Source: Pelagomonas calceolata
Taxonomy: Eukaryota
Direction of reading: 5' to 3'
Length of the DNA stretch: 64,000 nucleotides
Assembly: GCA_918797485.1 (NCBI GenBank)
Contig: CAKKNE010000005.1
Span: 930,001 to 994,000, forward strand
The translations under genes were made by a program, and so were the position numbers. Of the stretch, positions 10,705 to 22,024 are shown in pieces (within the stretch, counting starts at the first letter, position 1; each line of letters starts with the position of its first letter). Under the pieces are notes generated by a model, which did not search any database, was not told the origin of the DNA, and saw only the letters and a program-made list of their open reading frames with translations.

Positions 10705-11208
10705 ATGGCCGCCCAAGCGCTCAGCGCAGAGACAAATGAAAGCGCATTCGTCGACGCCTGCGCGCTCGCGGACGTCGACGACGCCGCCGCGCGACACAGA
10801 GGCCTCGAGGTCAACGTCGGCGGCGTCTCGCTGAGCTTCTACCGCGCGCGCGACGGGACGGTCACGTGCGTCGAGACCGCGTGCCCGCACGCCGGCCACC
10901 GCTTGTGCGACGGCTACGCCGCGGACCCGGGCGACATCGAGGATTTGTTGCCGGGAACTGGCGTCCTGGCGACCTGTCCTGCCCATAGTTACGTCTACGA
11001 CACGAAGTCGGGCGTGTGCCTGGCGTCCTTCGGCGCCGGCGCGGGCCGCTGCGTCGTGCGAGCGACGCGGATCGACGACGACCGCGTGCTTGTGTCGGCC
11101 GAAGCCTCGCCGGAGACACCACCCTTGGCCTTGCCGAAGGAACGGAGCAACGCGATCGGCATGCGCTGCGTCGAGCTCGCGCTCGACGAGAAGTTCGGCA
11201 GCGCCTAG
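10705..11208 (+). CDS. Rieske [2Fe-2S] domain protein
   Basis: CPH and CPAH Rieske ligand motifs. Confidence 0.85.
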   Translation: MAAQALSAETNESAFVDACALADVDDAAARHRGLEVNVGGVSLSFYRARDGTVTCVETACPHAGHRLCDGYAADPGDIEDLLPGTGVLATCPAHSYVYDTKSGVCLASFGAGAGRCVVRATRIDDDRVLVSAEASPETPPLALPKERSNAIGMRCVELALDEKFGSA

Positions 11209-11389
11209 CCACCCGGCCGGCCTCATACGCCGCCGCCCCGAGTGTGAGGTCGGGAGGCGACGACGGCGAGGGGGGAGCAGGCCGGACGCCGCACGCCCAG
11301 GGCCGCCGCGGGGGAGCGATGTTTGTTGTACTAATACCGGTTGTGACGAATCCTTAGGCGAGGGCGCGACGACGTGGGGGAGGGGAATT

Positions 11390-13143
11390 TCAGAGCACGC
11401 TCGACGCGTGGAAGAAGCGCATCGCCATGTTCTTCTCGTCGGCGACGCGGTACGAGTGCAGCGCGAGCAGCACGTCGTCGCCGCCGGCGACGATGCCGAG
11501 CGACGCGGCGTACTTCGTGCCCTCGGCGACCATCTTCGTCTCGTCTTTGCCACTTTGGTGCGCGTAGCCGTACTCCGTGCAGTCCGGTAAGCACAAAGGT
11601 TTGCAGCCCGGGACGACGGCCTGCGCGTATCTTGCTACTGCGGCGTCCGAGGTCACCACGATCAACGGCACGCTCAGCTTGTACTTGGCAAACAATTGGG
11701 CCGTCGCGCCCGTTTTGGCGAGGACGACGACAGCCGAAGCTCTGGCATCGCGAGCCGCCTGGACCGCCGCCGCCACGGTAGCCTCGACCACGCTAAACTG
11801 GCCCTTCTTCCGCGCCAGCGCTAATTCGGTTTCATAAGCCTTCGTGTACTCTAATTCGTGCTCCGCCTCGACGCACGTCCGCGCCATGATGGCCACGGCC
11901 TCCTTGGGGAAGTTGCCGCCCGCCGTCTCGCCACTGAGCATGACCGCGTCGGCTCCATCTAACACCGCATTGGCCACATCCGAACACTCGGCGCGCGTCG
12001 GTCTCGGGTTACTGGTCATGGACTCGAGCATCTGCGTCGCCACAATCACAGGCTTGCCCTGGGCGTTGCAGATCTGGATCATCTTCTTCTGTTCTCTGAA
12101 GACGCGCTCCGGGGGGATCTCCATGCCCAGGTCGCCGCGCGCGACCATGACGGCGTCCGTCTCCCGACAGATGCTCTCAAAGTTCTCCAGACCTTCTTGG
12201 TTTTCAATCTTCGAGATGATCTTGACGCGCTTGCCGCCCCCATCATCTAGGACCTTGCGGATCGTGCGCACGTCGTCGGCACTTTGCACGAAGGACGCAG
12301 CGACAAAATCCACGGGCTGCTTGCACGCGAACTCCTCCAGATCCCGCGTGTCCTTCTCCTGGAGCACCGGTAGATCGACGACGACGCCCGGCAGGTTCAT
12401 GTTCTTGCGCTCGCCTATCGCGCAATCATTCAAGACCGTGCAGGCCACCTCCGTGTCATTTATGATGGACGAGACTTCGAGCACTAACGACCCGTCGGCG
12501 CAGAGGATCTGCGAGCCGGGCTTGACGCTCGATGATAGCTTCTTGTACGTGCAGCCGAGCTTCTCGCCCGTCGACTTGTGGTCGTAGTCCGTCGTTAAAA
12601 TGAGCGTAGAGCCTTTGGTGAGCTTCAGCTTGTCACCGACAGAGGCATCGAAGAAGCCCGTGCGGATCTCGGGGCCCTTCGTGTCGAGCATGATCGCGCA
12701 GTGGACACCCGGGCGCTTGGCCAGAGCCTGCTTCAACCGCTCGATCGTGCCCGCGTGGGCGGCGTGGTCGCCGTGGCTGAAGTTTAATCGGGCGACGTTC
12801 ATGCCCTCGTCGAGGAGGACACCGAGCATCTCGACGGACCTGTGTTTGTAGGATGTCGGTCGCGGCGATGGCGTGTGCGCGCGAGCGTGTGCGGCGGCGT
12901 CGGTCGCGGCGGCGATGGCGTGCGTGCGCTGTGCGCGCGTGCGGTCGCAGGGGCGGGCTGCCCCTTCTTCCGACGCGCGAGCGGCCGGTGGCACGCGTCA
13001 TTGCGTGCGCCCGCAGTGGTTGCCGGATTCCTATGGGGGACGCTGGCTATGCACCAGGAAGCCGGGCCCAGCGTGCAGATGATGCGCGTGCGCTTCTGCT
13101 TGGAGGCGGCCGAGAAACCTTCATATCCCGCGGCGTACGGCAT
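11390..13143 (-). CDS. PK: Pyruvate kinase; join(13143..13055,12839..11390), 512 aa
   Basis: RTRIICTLGPASW|SVEML..ARLNFSHG, DTKGPEIRTG, VARGDLG, ATQMLESM. GT-AG intron at 12840-13054. Confidence 0.95.
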
Positions 13144-13627
13144 TTTGGCAATGCGTATGTGGTCTTTTGTGGTCCTCTTTATCCTACGTTGTGTGGCCTC
13201 GCCATATGATGGTCCGACGGGCAACGTTAGCCCGTGGAGTCGTCCCCGGGCCTGCTCGATGGGTCGGCGGGCGGCGCGACGGGCTCGGGGAGGCGCCCCT
13301 TCGCTTGTTGGGGGGGCTGCCCCCTTGCCCAGGGAGCGGCGCCTGCCGAGCCATCCCCGGCGGGCGTCTATTGTTACGTTGCTAGGACTAGTTGGCGGCC
13401 CTGGGGGGACAGGTGCCGCACTTCACCGATCAAGTGCTAGCGGCCTGTAAAGGCACTAGCAAGCTCGGCTGCAGTCTGGTTTTGCACCAGCACTGGGCTA
13501 AAGTAGCTCTAAGCAGAGTGCAGATTCTTAATTGTGCTATTTCTAGGGCTAGTGCAGCCTTCAGTGCAGCAGCCTGCGCGAGAGAGCTGCGCAGATAGTC
13601 TACACCGCCGTGAGAGCCATGAGCTCA

Positions 13628-14494
13628 ATGCACGCATGCGTGCTCCTCGCGCTGCTGCAGCGCACAAGCGGCCTGCGACCCGTGCGCGCCATCTCGTTGG
13701 ACATCACGGGCACCCTCGTCACGCACAAAGGCTCAGTGGTGCAGCATTACGTCGACGCCGCGGTCTGGGCGCGGTTGAATGATCCTCCTTCGGTAGACGA
13801 GATGAAGCCAGCGTTTAAGCAGGCCTACAAGGAGCGTTGTTTGGAGAGCCCGTGCTTCGGCGGCGCCGAGGGCATTAGTGGCCGCGACTGGTGGCGCGGC
13901 ACCGCGCGCCGCGTGATGGAGTTGTGTGGAAGGTCGTACGCGGAGGAGGACTTCGACCGCTGGTTCCGCCGCGTCTACCAGCACTTCGGCTCGCCCAAGG
14001 GCTACGAGGTGCTGCCCGACGCGGCCGTATTCCTCGACAAAATCTCCGACGTGTACCTCCTCGGCATCTGTAGCAATACGCCGAACCGCCACTCGGCCTC
14101 GGTGCTGCCGATGTTGGGCATACACGAGCGGTTCAAGTTCTTCGCATCGTCGCAGGACGTAGGCCACGAGAAGCCGGATCCGGAAATCTTCGAGGACGCC
14201 TTCCGGCAAGCCAAGTTTTGGCTGCCCGATCTGAAGCGCGACGAGGTGTTACATGTTGGTGATTCGCTCGCGTGTGATTTCTGTGGCGCGCGTGCGTTCG
14301 GTTTTCAGGCGTTGCTGTTGGATCGATCCGGCAACGAGAAAGTGGTCGCCTACCAGGACTGGGTGCAGGCGCCGGACTACGAGGGCAAGTCCGCGGCCGA
14401 CATCGAGAACGGCACGGTCCGAAGCCTCGCGGACGTCGTGGCGCTCGTCGAGATCTCGAACGCGGAGCCGGGGGCGTTTATCAGGGTAATGTAG
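13628..14494 (+). CDS. HAD-superfamily hydrolase (HDHD3-like)
   Basis: DITGTL, SN, EKPDPEIF and HVGDSLACD motifs. Confidence 0.85.
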   Translation: MHACVLLALLQRTSGLRPVRAISLDITGTLVTHKGSVVQHYVDAAVWARLNDPPSVDEMKPAFKQAYKERCLESPCFGGAEGISGRDWWRGTARRVMELCGRSYAEEDFDRWFRRVYQHFGSPKGYEVLPDAAVFLDKISDVYLLGICSNTPNRHSASVLPMLGIHERFKFFASSQDVGHEKPDPEIFEDAFRQAKFWLPDLKRDEVLHVGDSLACDFCGARAFGFQALLLDRSGNEKVVAYQDWVQAPDYEGKSAADIENGTVRSLADVVALVEISNAEPGAFIRVM

Positions 14495-14583
14495 TAGTTG
14501 TGTGAACAGAACAATCTTGTTACGCATCCCACGGCGCTATGCCCTGGCACGCGCATTCCTCCTCCCATTCTCCCTGCCACTTC

Positions 14584-15546
14584 TCAACCTGCTCCATGCT
14601 CGGGAGGACGAAGCCATCGCCGTCGACCAGCGGGGGACGTGGCGGTCTGGGGCGGCGACGGCGGCGGCCTGGGCCAGGTGTCGCGCCTCTCGAGCCCGTT
14701 CGTAAAGACCGTCCGGCCCGTCGCCGGGTCCGTCTCGCTGCGCCACGGCGCCGCCTTGATGCCTAGAGCCCTTTCGACGGCTGCCACGGTTTTCGGCGAA
14801 GGCGCCTTCTTGTGCGACTTGCAGGCCGCGCGCACGGCGTCGACATCGACGGACGCGCCGGCGCCGCGCAGCTTGCCCACGGCCCAGGCTTGGGTGAGGT
14901 ACTGCGCGAGGCCCGTCACGTTCGAGGGCTTGGCCGACTCCTGGCACCGCTCGAAGTCGAGGAGCGTGCTCCGGCCTTCTCGCGAGACGATGACGTGCTT
15001 CTGGCAGCGGTTCATCTCCCGCTTGTCTATTCCCTGTTGATCGAGCCGCGCGCACTGGCCGAGCAAGTCCCGCAGGGCTTTGAAGAGGACGCCCGGAGGC
15101 ACGGCGCCGTCCAGCGCCTCGCCGATGCTCGGGCCCTCGACGTACTCCATGGCCACGCAATCTTTCCATTCGTAAGATACTAACGAGGCGCCGATGCCCA
15201 GTTCGTTGCACCTGCGCAGCCACCGCTCCTCCTGCCTCGCCCCGCCTCCCCTGCAAACCTTGATCGCGACGCGGCCGGTGCGGCCCGCACACGAATAATT
15301 CGCTACGTAGACGACGCCCTTGTGCCCTCTGGCCAAAAACCGGAAGTCGCGCAGCTCCATCCGGGGGGTGTCATCATCCGAGGGAACGCTGTCGACGTCG
15401 CGCGCGAAGAGACTCTCCAGCAGCCGCAGGTCGGCGGCGTCGATGGCTTGCGTCGACGGATTGGGCGCCGCGCGTCGTCGCTTCGCGCGCTGGGCATTGG
15501 TGTCGTCGCCGTCGCCGTCGCTCGGCGCGCTGCAGCGCTCTGCCAT
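14584..15546 (-). CDS. Atypical Ser/Thr protein kinase-like protein
   Basis: LARGHKGVVY, VAIK, MEYVEG, EMNRCQKHVIV and LLDFE. Confidence 0.7.
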   Translation of the reverse strand: MAERCSAPSDGDGDDTNAQRAKRRRAAPNPSTQAIDAADLRLLESLFARDVDSVPSDDDTPRMELRDFRFLARGHKGVVYVANYSCAGRTGRVAIKVCRGGGARQEERWLRRCNELGIGASLVSYEWKDCVAMEYVEGPSIGEALDGAVPPGVLFKALRDLLGQCARLDQQGIDKREMNRCQKHVIVSREGRSTLLDFERCQESAKPSNVTGLAQYLTQAWAVGKLRGAGASVDVDAVRAACKSHKKAPSPKTVAAVERALGIKAAPWRSETDPATGRTVFTNGLERRDTWPRPPPSPPQTATSPAGRRRWLRPPEHGAG

Positions 15547-15829
15547 TTTGTAGAGGTGGTCTCTAGCGCTGCTGGATCGATCCCGCGTCGCGCGTCGTTC
15601 AGCTCTATTGTGTGCCGATGTAATCCAGAGAGATTGGGCTCTGGGGCTCGTGATCTCGCTCGCTAGCTCGCACACAAGCTTTATTTCTTTCGTTCTAGCT
15701 GCAGTAAGGTACTAGCAAAGCTGGGACGACGCGAAACGCGTGCGCTGCACGCCATCGTCGCGAGCCGTCGCATACTGAGCAGCCAGCAACACCTCCAGGC
15801 CCCATGCGCCACGAATAACGCTGCCCGGC

Positions 15830-17107
15830 ATGCGCCTCGGGCTGCTGCTGGCCGCCACAGCGTGGGCCTGGTCCCCCCTGCGCCTACAAGACCAATACCT
15901 CGCCTGCGCGTCCCGGAAACTGCCGAAGTTTGAGGTGTTCACGTCCTTCCGCAGCATATCCAATAAGCAAGGGGACCACTCGTTATTCGCGCGCGACTTT
16001 TATAACACGTTTTTGAGCTATTGGCCGCCCGAGCACCGGTTGGTCGTCCTGCACGAGAATGATCAGAGGACGGCGCGGCCCGTCCAGCGGCTCGTGCAAT
16101 GTTTGCAGAGGGCGACATGTTTATCAAAACCGGTGGCCCGGCCCTTCGACCTTTCAGCACTGATAGCGGAACATAAAGTAGCCGACACCTCCCACGAGGT
16201 CAACGCGAACTTCACGTCGATCGACGACGTCCAGATGCAGGCCTGGAAGTACGTCCTGGATTGGCATTCCGAGGCTGAGTTACTAGGAGTCTTGGATGAC
16301 GATGCTTGCTTGTTGGATCATGTCATCAGAGGTGATCTAATGACCTGCTCTGACAAAATTATTGTCAGAGGCGTCCGCTTCGAGCGACGACCCATAAAGA
16401 CGAAGCACGAGACGTCGAACAGTTTCCTGGGCATTTCTTCAGACGTGAATTTCATGGTCGACTTTCCCGTCGTCTTCTGGCGAGGACATTTGGAGGCTTT
16501 TAGGAGGCACGTCGTGCGCCACGTGCTGCAGGAGGACTACTCTCCACAAAATTGGTGGCGCGCCGTCTCCCAACTGCTGAAGAAAGGCTGGCGGCCGAGC
16601 GAGTACTCGAATCTGATGGGCTTCGCGCTGATGAGTGAAGAGTGGCGCGCCCGCTACGACTTCCAGGTCGTGCCGAACCATCAAAGGCCGGTCATGGGCG
16701 TCGCGTCGCACAAGCTCGGGACGTGTAGCATTCCACAAAAGACGCTGCGGGACCGCGACGCTGACGATTTTGTCCGAGCGACTTTTGACAAGTGGCTCTA
16801 TCCCCGCGATGCCGCGCCCTACGTCACGGACGCGAAGCCTGGTTTATTAGCGGAGAACGACTGGAACGGGAGGGTCGATCAGAGTTGGTCGACCTACGAA
16901 AGACGCGTGCGCGACTCGCCTTCGTTTTTACGTTTTTTGACGTTGAGGCAGAAGGCGCTCCTCGCCCACGCGTCGGGGCGCAACGTGTCATTGAGGGAGG
17001 CGTGCGGCATGGAGATTCACGCGACGTGGGCGCGGTGCTTCGAGGACGTGCGGACGCCCGTTGGGAAAGTGTGGGGGGGACCTTTGGTGTATCGGCCGGC
17101 GGCGTAA
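15830..17107 (+). CDS. Secreted hypothetical protein, possibly GT-A glycosyltransferase-like
   Basis: Signal peptide and hydrophobic strand followed by DDD. Confidence 0.6.
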   Translation: MRLGLLLAATAWAWSPLRLQDQYLACASRKLPKFEVFTSFRSISNKQGDHSLFARDFYNTFLSYWPPEHRLVVLHENDQRTARPVQRLVQCLQRATCLSKPVARPFDLSALIAEHKVADTSHEVNANFTSIDDVQMQAWKYVLDWHSEAELLGVLDDDACLLDHVIRGDLMTCSDKIIVRGVRFERRPIKTKHETSNSFLGISSDVNFMVDFPVVFWRGHLEAFRRHVVRHVLQEDYSPQNWWRAVSQLLKKGWRPSEYSNLMGFALMSEEWRARYDFQVVPNHQRPVMGVASHKLGTCSIPQKTLRDRDADDFVRATFDKWLYPRDAAPYVTDAKPGLLAENDWNGRVDQSWSTYERRVRDSPSFLRFLTLRQKALLAHASGRNVSLREACGMEIHATWARCFEDVRTPVGKVWGGPLVYRPAA

Positions 17108-17221
17108 GTTCCCTGTGTTGTCTATCTGCGGCTCATCGATGGCGTCGCCCCCACGACGTCGACGCGCAACGGTACGCGCAACAGTCGCTGTCGCGGTCAC
17201 TGTCTTTTTTATTTTTTCAAG

Positions 17222-18422
17222 TTAGGCGCCTACGAGCTCGCGGGACCGGTCCCAGAGCCGCGCCGCGAGGGCTTCGTCCTGGCCCTCGGGGCTGATCAAG
17301 CCGTCGTCGAAGCCCTCCGCGTACGTCGCGGCCTTTGAGCCCGTCTCGGCGGAGAGGTATGCGCCGCGCGGCACGTCGTCGGACGTGGCCACGTAGGCGA
17401 GGCGCTCGCCGCCGACGTCGATCGGCACCGCGAAGCCGGCGAGCCCCGCGAAGAACGCGAAGGCCGTCGCGCCGAAGAAGTTGTCTTCCCGCGGCGCGCG
17501 AAACAATCCCGAGGTCGGGATGAAGCCGGGGTTGAGCGACCGCACGTCCACATTTGGCAGGCGCTTCTTCGCCTCGCGGCAGAAGAGGACGTTACATAAT
17601 TTCGAGTCTTTGTAGACCTTGGAGCCGTCGTAGGCCACGGCGCCTGTGGAAATCAACCAGTGAGCTAGGTTATCCTCTACGCAGTCGAGCCGGCGCGGTC
17701 ACGGAGACAACGTCGCGTCGATGGCGTGGAACCTCCACGCCATCGAGCCGACGCGGTCACGGAGACAACGTCGCGTCGATGGCGTGAAAACTCCACACCA
17801 TCGAGCAGACGCAGTCGCGACGAGGTGGGGCGCCTGAAATTTGATTTCCACGCAGCGCGGCGCCGTCGACCATCGTCGGCCCGCCTGTCGTCAACGGTCC
17901 AAGGCCGCTCAAATCCCCCAGCGTCGCGCCGCCCTTGCCGCCGACGGCGCCGCCGGGCTGCTCGGGATCGTGGACCGACGACGCCGTCACGACTATCCTA
18001 GAGACTTTTGGGGCTAGCAAGTTGGCCAGAAGGAAATGCCCTAGGTGGTTCGTGCCGATGCAGCTTTCGAAGCCATCTGCGGTTTTGTCCGGGGCCTCGG
18101 CCTTTGTGCTGGGGGCGATGCCCGCGTTCAAACATAGAACGTCGAGCTCCTTGCCCGCGAGCTCGTCGGCAAACGCGCGCACCGACGCGAGCGACGCGAG
18201 GTCGCAGACCATGGGCACGCCGCCGCCGGCCTGTTGGGCCGCCTCGGCGGAGCGCGCGCTATTCCGGTTTAAGTGGTAGACCGTATGACCATCCCTGATC
18301 AGCCGTTTGGCTGCGTCCAGCCCTATCCCTTGGGAGGTGCCGGTGATGGCGATGTGGAGGGCCGCAGCGCTGGAGAAAAGTACCGTGGCGAGCGAAGCGG
18401 TGATTCTGGGTGACATGCGCAT
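17222..18422 (-). CDS. Short-chain dehydrogenase, protochlorophyllide-reductase-like; join(18422..17864,17643..17222), 326 aa
   Basis: GTSQGIG, NAG, TNHLGHFLL, MVDG..YDGSKVYKDSKLCN. In frame after intron removal. Confidence 0.85.
17636..17863 (-). mobile_element. Introner (element 17644-17855; GC-AG intron 17644-17863) with internal ~59-nt tandem duplication
   Basis: TIR ctgtggaaatcaa/ttgatttccacgcag. TSD cacggcgc/cgcggcgc. Confidence 0.85.
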
Positions 18423-18915
18423 CGCGTAGCTTGCCGATGGGGCCGATGGGGCCGCGCAATCAAGCAAGCAATCCCCTCAGCTGGAGAGCATCTCCCTGCG
18501 CGCCGGGTCCCCAAAACGGCAAATGGCACCTTTCTCCGAGCTCACGGAGGGCTGGCGAGGCGGCGCAGAGGCCTTGAAAAAATCTCCAACCAAAAAACAG
18601 AAGCTCGATCATCGCCCTGCTGGCCGCTATTTTGGACGCGCGGCCGCTTCGTTTTACAGCTTTAGGTGTTTGTAGCACCTATTACAACCCCCTCGGTGTG
18701 CCGCACAAGCGAGCGCGCTTACGGAGGCGATCGCGGGGTGATACTGGCCACCAGCTGCCTGAGTCCGGAAGTCCTTAAACGGCCGTCGCGCCGCAGTATT
18801 CCGCGCGGAAGCCGTCGGGCGACCGTCCCCGCACCCGCGCTGCCCCGCGCGGCGCTGCGCACACGCGAATAACCGCCGTTCGAAGCCGCCGGCCGGCCGC
18901 CGGCACGAGGCAAGC

Positions 18916-19785
18916 ATGAGCGGCACAATAGACCGCCGCGGCGCGACGCCCCCCGACTTCCTCGTCAAACTCCTGACCATGGTCGGCGACGAGGCGCCGG
19001 ACCTCATCTCCTGGACGGGCGGCAAGCTCTATATTCACGACCCCGTGGCGTTGGAGCGAAAAATGTCGGTCTATTTTAGACATTCGAACTTCTCGTCCTT
19101 CCAGCGCCAGCTCAACAACTTCGGCTTCCGGAAAGTGGAAGGCAAGGGCAAATTAGCACCTTGTATGTACATGCACGACGACCTCGTCGGACGACCGCCC
19201 GAAGCTATATTGACGATCCGGCGGAAGCCGGCCACTTCTGCCGCGTCTGATAGAGGTCAACCTGATGCCAAAAGGCAGCGGAGGCAGAAGGCACCAGCTC
19301 CTAGGCCGGCGCCGCCGCCGCCGCGGCCGTTCGCGAGCGAAGATCTGCCGCCCTACCGACCACCGCGGCCGCTCGAGGCGTTCACGGGCGTCGAGAGCGC
19401 GCGGCCGATCCCGCTGCCGGGCATGCCCCAGGTCCCGCGCGACCAGTACGTCGAGGCGGCCACGCAATTGAACGATAGCTTCGAGAGCGGCCTGCTGCTG
19501 TCCTTCCTCGAGGCGTCGGACAAGGGCGCCATCGCGCCGTCGCTGCTCTCGCAGCTGGTAGGAGGCGACGAGTTCCGGCCACCGCCGCCGCAGCCCGCGC
19601 GGCCGTCGAACGACACGAGCGACTGGCCGGGCGCGGCGCTCGGCGGCGACTTCGGCTTCACGGACGACTTCAACCTCTTCGGCAAGAAGATGTCCTTCAG
19701 CGGCGACGACCTGCTGGGCGGCGGCTACAGTCCCGGCGGGTTCAACGCGCAGCCGCGGATGCAGCGCGCGGGGAGCCGCGACTGA
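18916..19785 (+). CDS. HSF-type DNA-binding transcription factor
   Basis: FLVKL..M..ISW..YFRHSNFSSFQRQLNNFGFRK. Confidence 0.9.
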   Translation: MSGTIDRRGATPPDFLVKLLTMVGDEAPDLISWTGGKLYIHDPVALERKMSVYFRHSNFSSFQRQLNNFGFRKVEGKGKLAPCMYMHDDLVGRPPEAILTIRRKPATSAASDRGQPDAKRQRRQKAPAPRPAPPPPRPFASEDLPPYRPPRPLEAFTGVESARPIPLPGMPQVPRDQYVEAATQLNDSFESGLLLSFLEASDKGAIAPSLLSQLVGGDEFRPPPPQPARPSNDTSDWPGAALGGDFGFTDDFNLFGKKMSFSGDDLLGGGYSPGGFNAQPRMQRAGSRD

Positions 19786-19828
19786 TTCCCTCTCGTCTTC
19801 CCTGGGTACATCGGTCAGTGTATGACTC

Positions 19829-21514
19829 TTAGTCAAGGGGGGGTCCGGGACCATGGGGGATCCGTCCGCGGCAGTGGTGGTCCCTGCCCGCCGTGACGCA
19901 CCCGGGCGCGTCCTGCGGGTACAGGCGGCTCGGCCGCTCCGCACGCGCGGGGGCGGGGCGGTCGGTGGGCGGCTCGTATTCATCGTCGGAGACGGTCATC
20001 ATCGCGAGAAACCCGGCGGCGGCGAGGGCGAGGCCGGCGACCGTCGCGGACGCCGCGCCGTCGTTCTCAGTAGTACGAGGCGCCTCCTCTACCTGAGCGG
20101 CGTCGTGGAATTTGATCACTTCGGGACTCACGTAGGCGTGCCACAAGGAAGCACAACTGGTAACACAGTCGTCCGAGAGTTGCGACCGACAGGTACATAG
20201 CGGCGGCCGCGCGACGCAGCCGCTTTCGTAGTATTTCGCCACGGACTCGAGGTGTTTTGGCCACTTTCTACCATTAGGCGACAAGCGGATTTGGTCCCAG
20301 TGTAGCTTAGATTTGGACAGGGTATGCGCTAAAGAAGCCTCGCAAGCAGAATGCATCTTCTGGTCCGTCGTTAGGTTGTAGCTGGATGCGCAGTGCTTCA
20401 AGCGGCACGTCCCGAGCACGTGCGGGACGTTTTCTTGGGAAGCAACTCGCAACCCCAATAAGTGCCAGTTGCGGGCATCCTCCGCAGTCAAGGCCCACGG
20501 TTTCAAATCCCCATTGAAATGCAACAGCGACGCCTTCGCCGCCAGGGGGTGGAAAAACGGATAGACGCGTTCTCTGAACGGCCCCGCCGGCGCCAAATGC
20601 CGCTCATACACGGAAGCGTCGACGCCGAAGTGCAGCGCTTCCCCTTTTATTTTCCGCCACTCGTTCCTACCGATGTCCAGCCGTCCTAACCCGCGCACGT
20701 TCCACGTCACCGGGAGTTGCTCATATCTACCAGCTAAAGCTAAGAGAAAGGGCGGCTGGCTGATGCCCGACGACCAGAGCTTGGCCTTCGAATCCACAAA
20801 CGCATCTACGAGATCCTCAATCGTTTCTGTCAGTTGCAGAGTACGCCACCGAAGCGTGTCGAACACCACAACTCCTCTGTTAAAAACACACCCATCACCC
20901 CTCAAAACCCGTTGCCACAGGATCTTGTGTTGTATTGGTAATAAGTCTTCCCGAAAGTACTTGGCTATTTTTTGTGAGCAGTCGTTGACCGCTGCCACGG
21001 CTTTGTTGTGGAGATCTAAGGTCGCGAGCTCTAAGACATCGCCCTGGACAACAATATCCGTATCCAGGTAAATAACTCTACGAGTATGATATAAAACATG
21101 AGGCATGTAGAAGGCCGCAAAATTAAAGGGCGATAGGAGTTCTTTTCGTTTTACGTGTGTCGAGTTTGCGAGGGACGACAGCCTCTGTAGAGCGGGCCGA
21201 TGTCTCAACAACTGTTCCGCGCCGGAGCACACCGCCACTCTAAGGGAAGGAAAGAACCTATCTAAGAGCTTCTTGAGGAAGTGGACCCTTGTGGTAACGA
21301 TGACGAAGCCCACGTCACTTTTCGAGTTGTGCACTGTCGAATTCACGACGCCGATGATCGGTAAGAAACCTCTCGCCGCATCGGTAGCGAGGGCCACGAC
21401 CGTCTCGCCCGTCTGCTCGAGGTGGGTGCCCCTACAATGTTGCGCCTGCCAGTCGCGAGGCAGGTCGATGCTGGCTGTGGCAAGGCTCACGAGGAATGCC
21501 CGGAACAGCCGCAT
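19829..21514 (-). CDS. Glycosyltransferase family 8 protein
   Basis: Signal peptide; RVIYLDTDIVV, FNRGV, SQPP, WNVRGLG and LLHFNG..KPW; C-terminal TM segment. Confidence 0.85.
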   Translation of the reverse strand: MRLFRAFLVSLATASIDLPRDWQAQHCRGTHLEQTGETVVALATDAARGFLPIIGVVNSTVHNSKSDVGFVIVTTRVHFLKKLLDRFFPSLRVAVCSGAEQLLRHRPALQRLSSLANSTHVKRKELLSPFNFAAFYMPHVLYHTRRVIYLDTDIVVQGDVLELATLDLHNKAVAAVNDCSQKIAKYFREDLLPIQHKILWQRVLRGDGCVFNRGVVVFDTLRWRTLQLTETIEDLVDAFVDSKAKLWSSGISQPPFLLALAGRYEQLPVTWNVRGLGRLDIGRNEWRKIKGEALHFGVDASVYERHLAPAGPFRERVYPFFHPLAAKASLLHFNGDLKPWALTAEDARNWHLLGLRVASQENVPHVLGTCRLKHCASSYNLTTDQKMHSACEASLAHTLSKSKLHWDQIRLSPNGRKWPKHLESVAKYYESGCVARPPLCTCRSQLSDDCVTSCASLWHAYVSPEVIKFHDAAQVEEAPRTTENDGAASATVAGLALAAAGFLAMMTVSDDEYEPPTDRPAPARAERPSRLYPQDAPGCVTAGRDHHCRGRIPHGPGPPLD

Positions 21515-21612
21515 GTTGATGTGGGGCTGCCTCGATGGCGTGCCGCAGCTATCGATGCATGCTGCCCGGTGCGTCCTTGCCGTCAGGGGGCCAAAAGTCT
21601 CACCGCATTGGT

Positions 21613-22024
21613 GCCGGCCACAGGAGGCGGCGCCCCGCACGATGGTACTAGACGACAACATGACACATTGGCGCGGCGGACCACCTCTCGGACCGACCGA
21701 CCTCTCCAGTGGGGGGGTGACGGTCCTAGTAGGGGGGTCTTAGTGGGGGGACCGTAGGGTGAGGGGCCGGCGGCCGCGGCCTGCCAAAACCGCTATCTCA
21801 GAACCCTGAGAGACGGGATTCGGGAGAGAACACGGGTACATAGAGACTACATGAATGCGCCGCTCAGGTCATGCGGCGACTCATGGTATCTGACTGACGC
21901 GACCGCGCGCCGTCGCGCGGAGATGACAAATGTGTACTGGCCGATTACAATATGAGGCCCTCCCCCAGACCAACCGACCTGGTCATGTCGTCTAGTACCA
22001 TCGTGCGGGGCGCCTCCTGCCGGC
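21613..22024. repeat. ~45-nt inverted repeat pair flanking a G-tract-rich spacer (MITE/TE-remnant-like)
   Basis: ggcgccccgcacgatggtactagacgaca near 21629-21657 is the reverse complement of tgtcgtctagtaccatcgtgcggggcgcc near 21986-22014. Confidence 0.7.

Noticed and set aside
17104..17184. Possible intron GTAAGT...CAACAG overlapping the stop of 15830..17107
   Set aside because: Splicing would extend the frame into the convergent SDR gene. It cannot be supported without transcripts.
17690..17815. Repeat-spacer-like pattern suggestive of CRISPR
   Set aside because: It is a two-copy internal duplication inside an introner. The context is eukaryotic and there are no cas genes.
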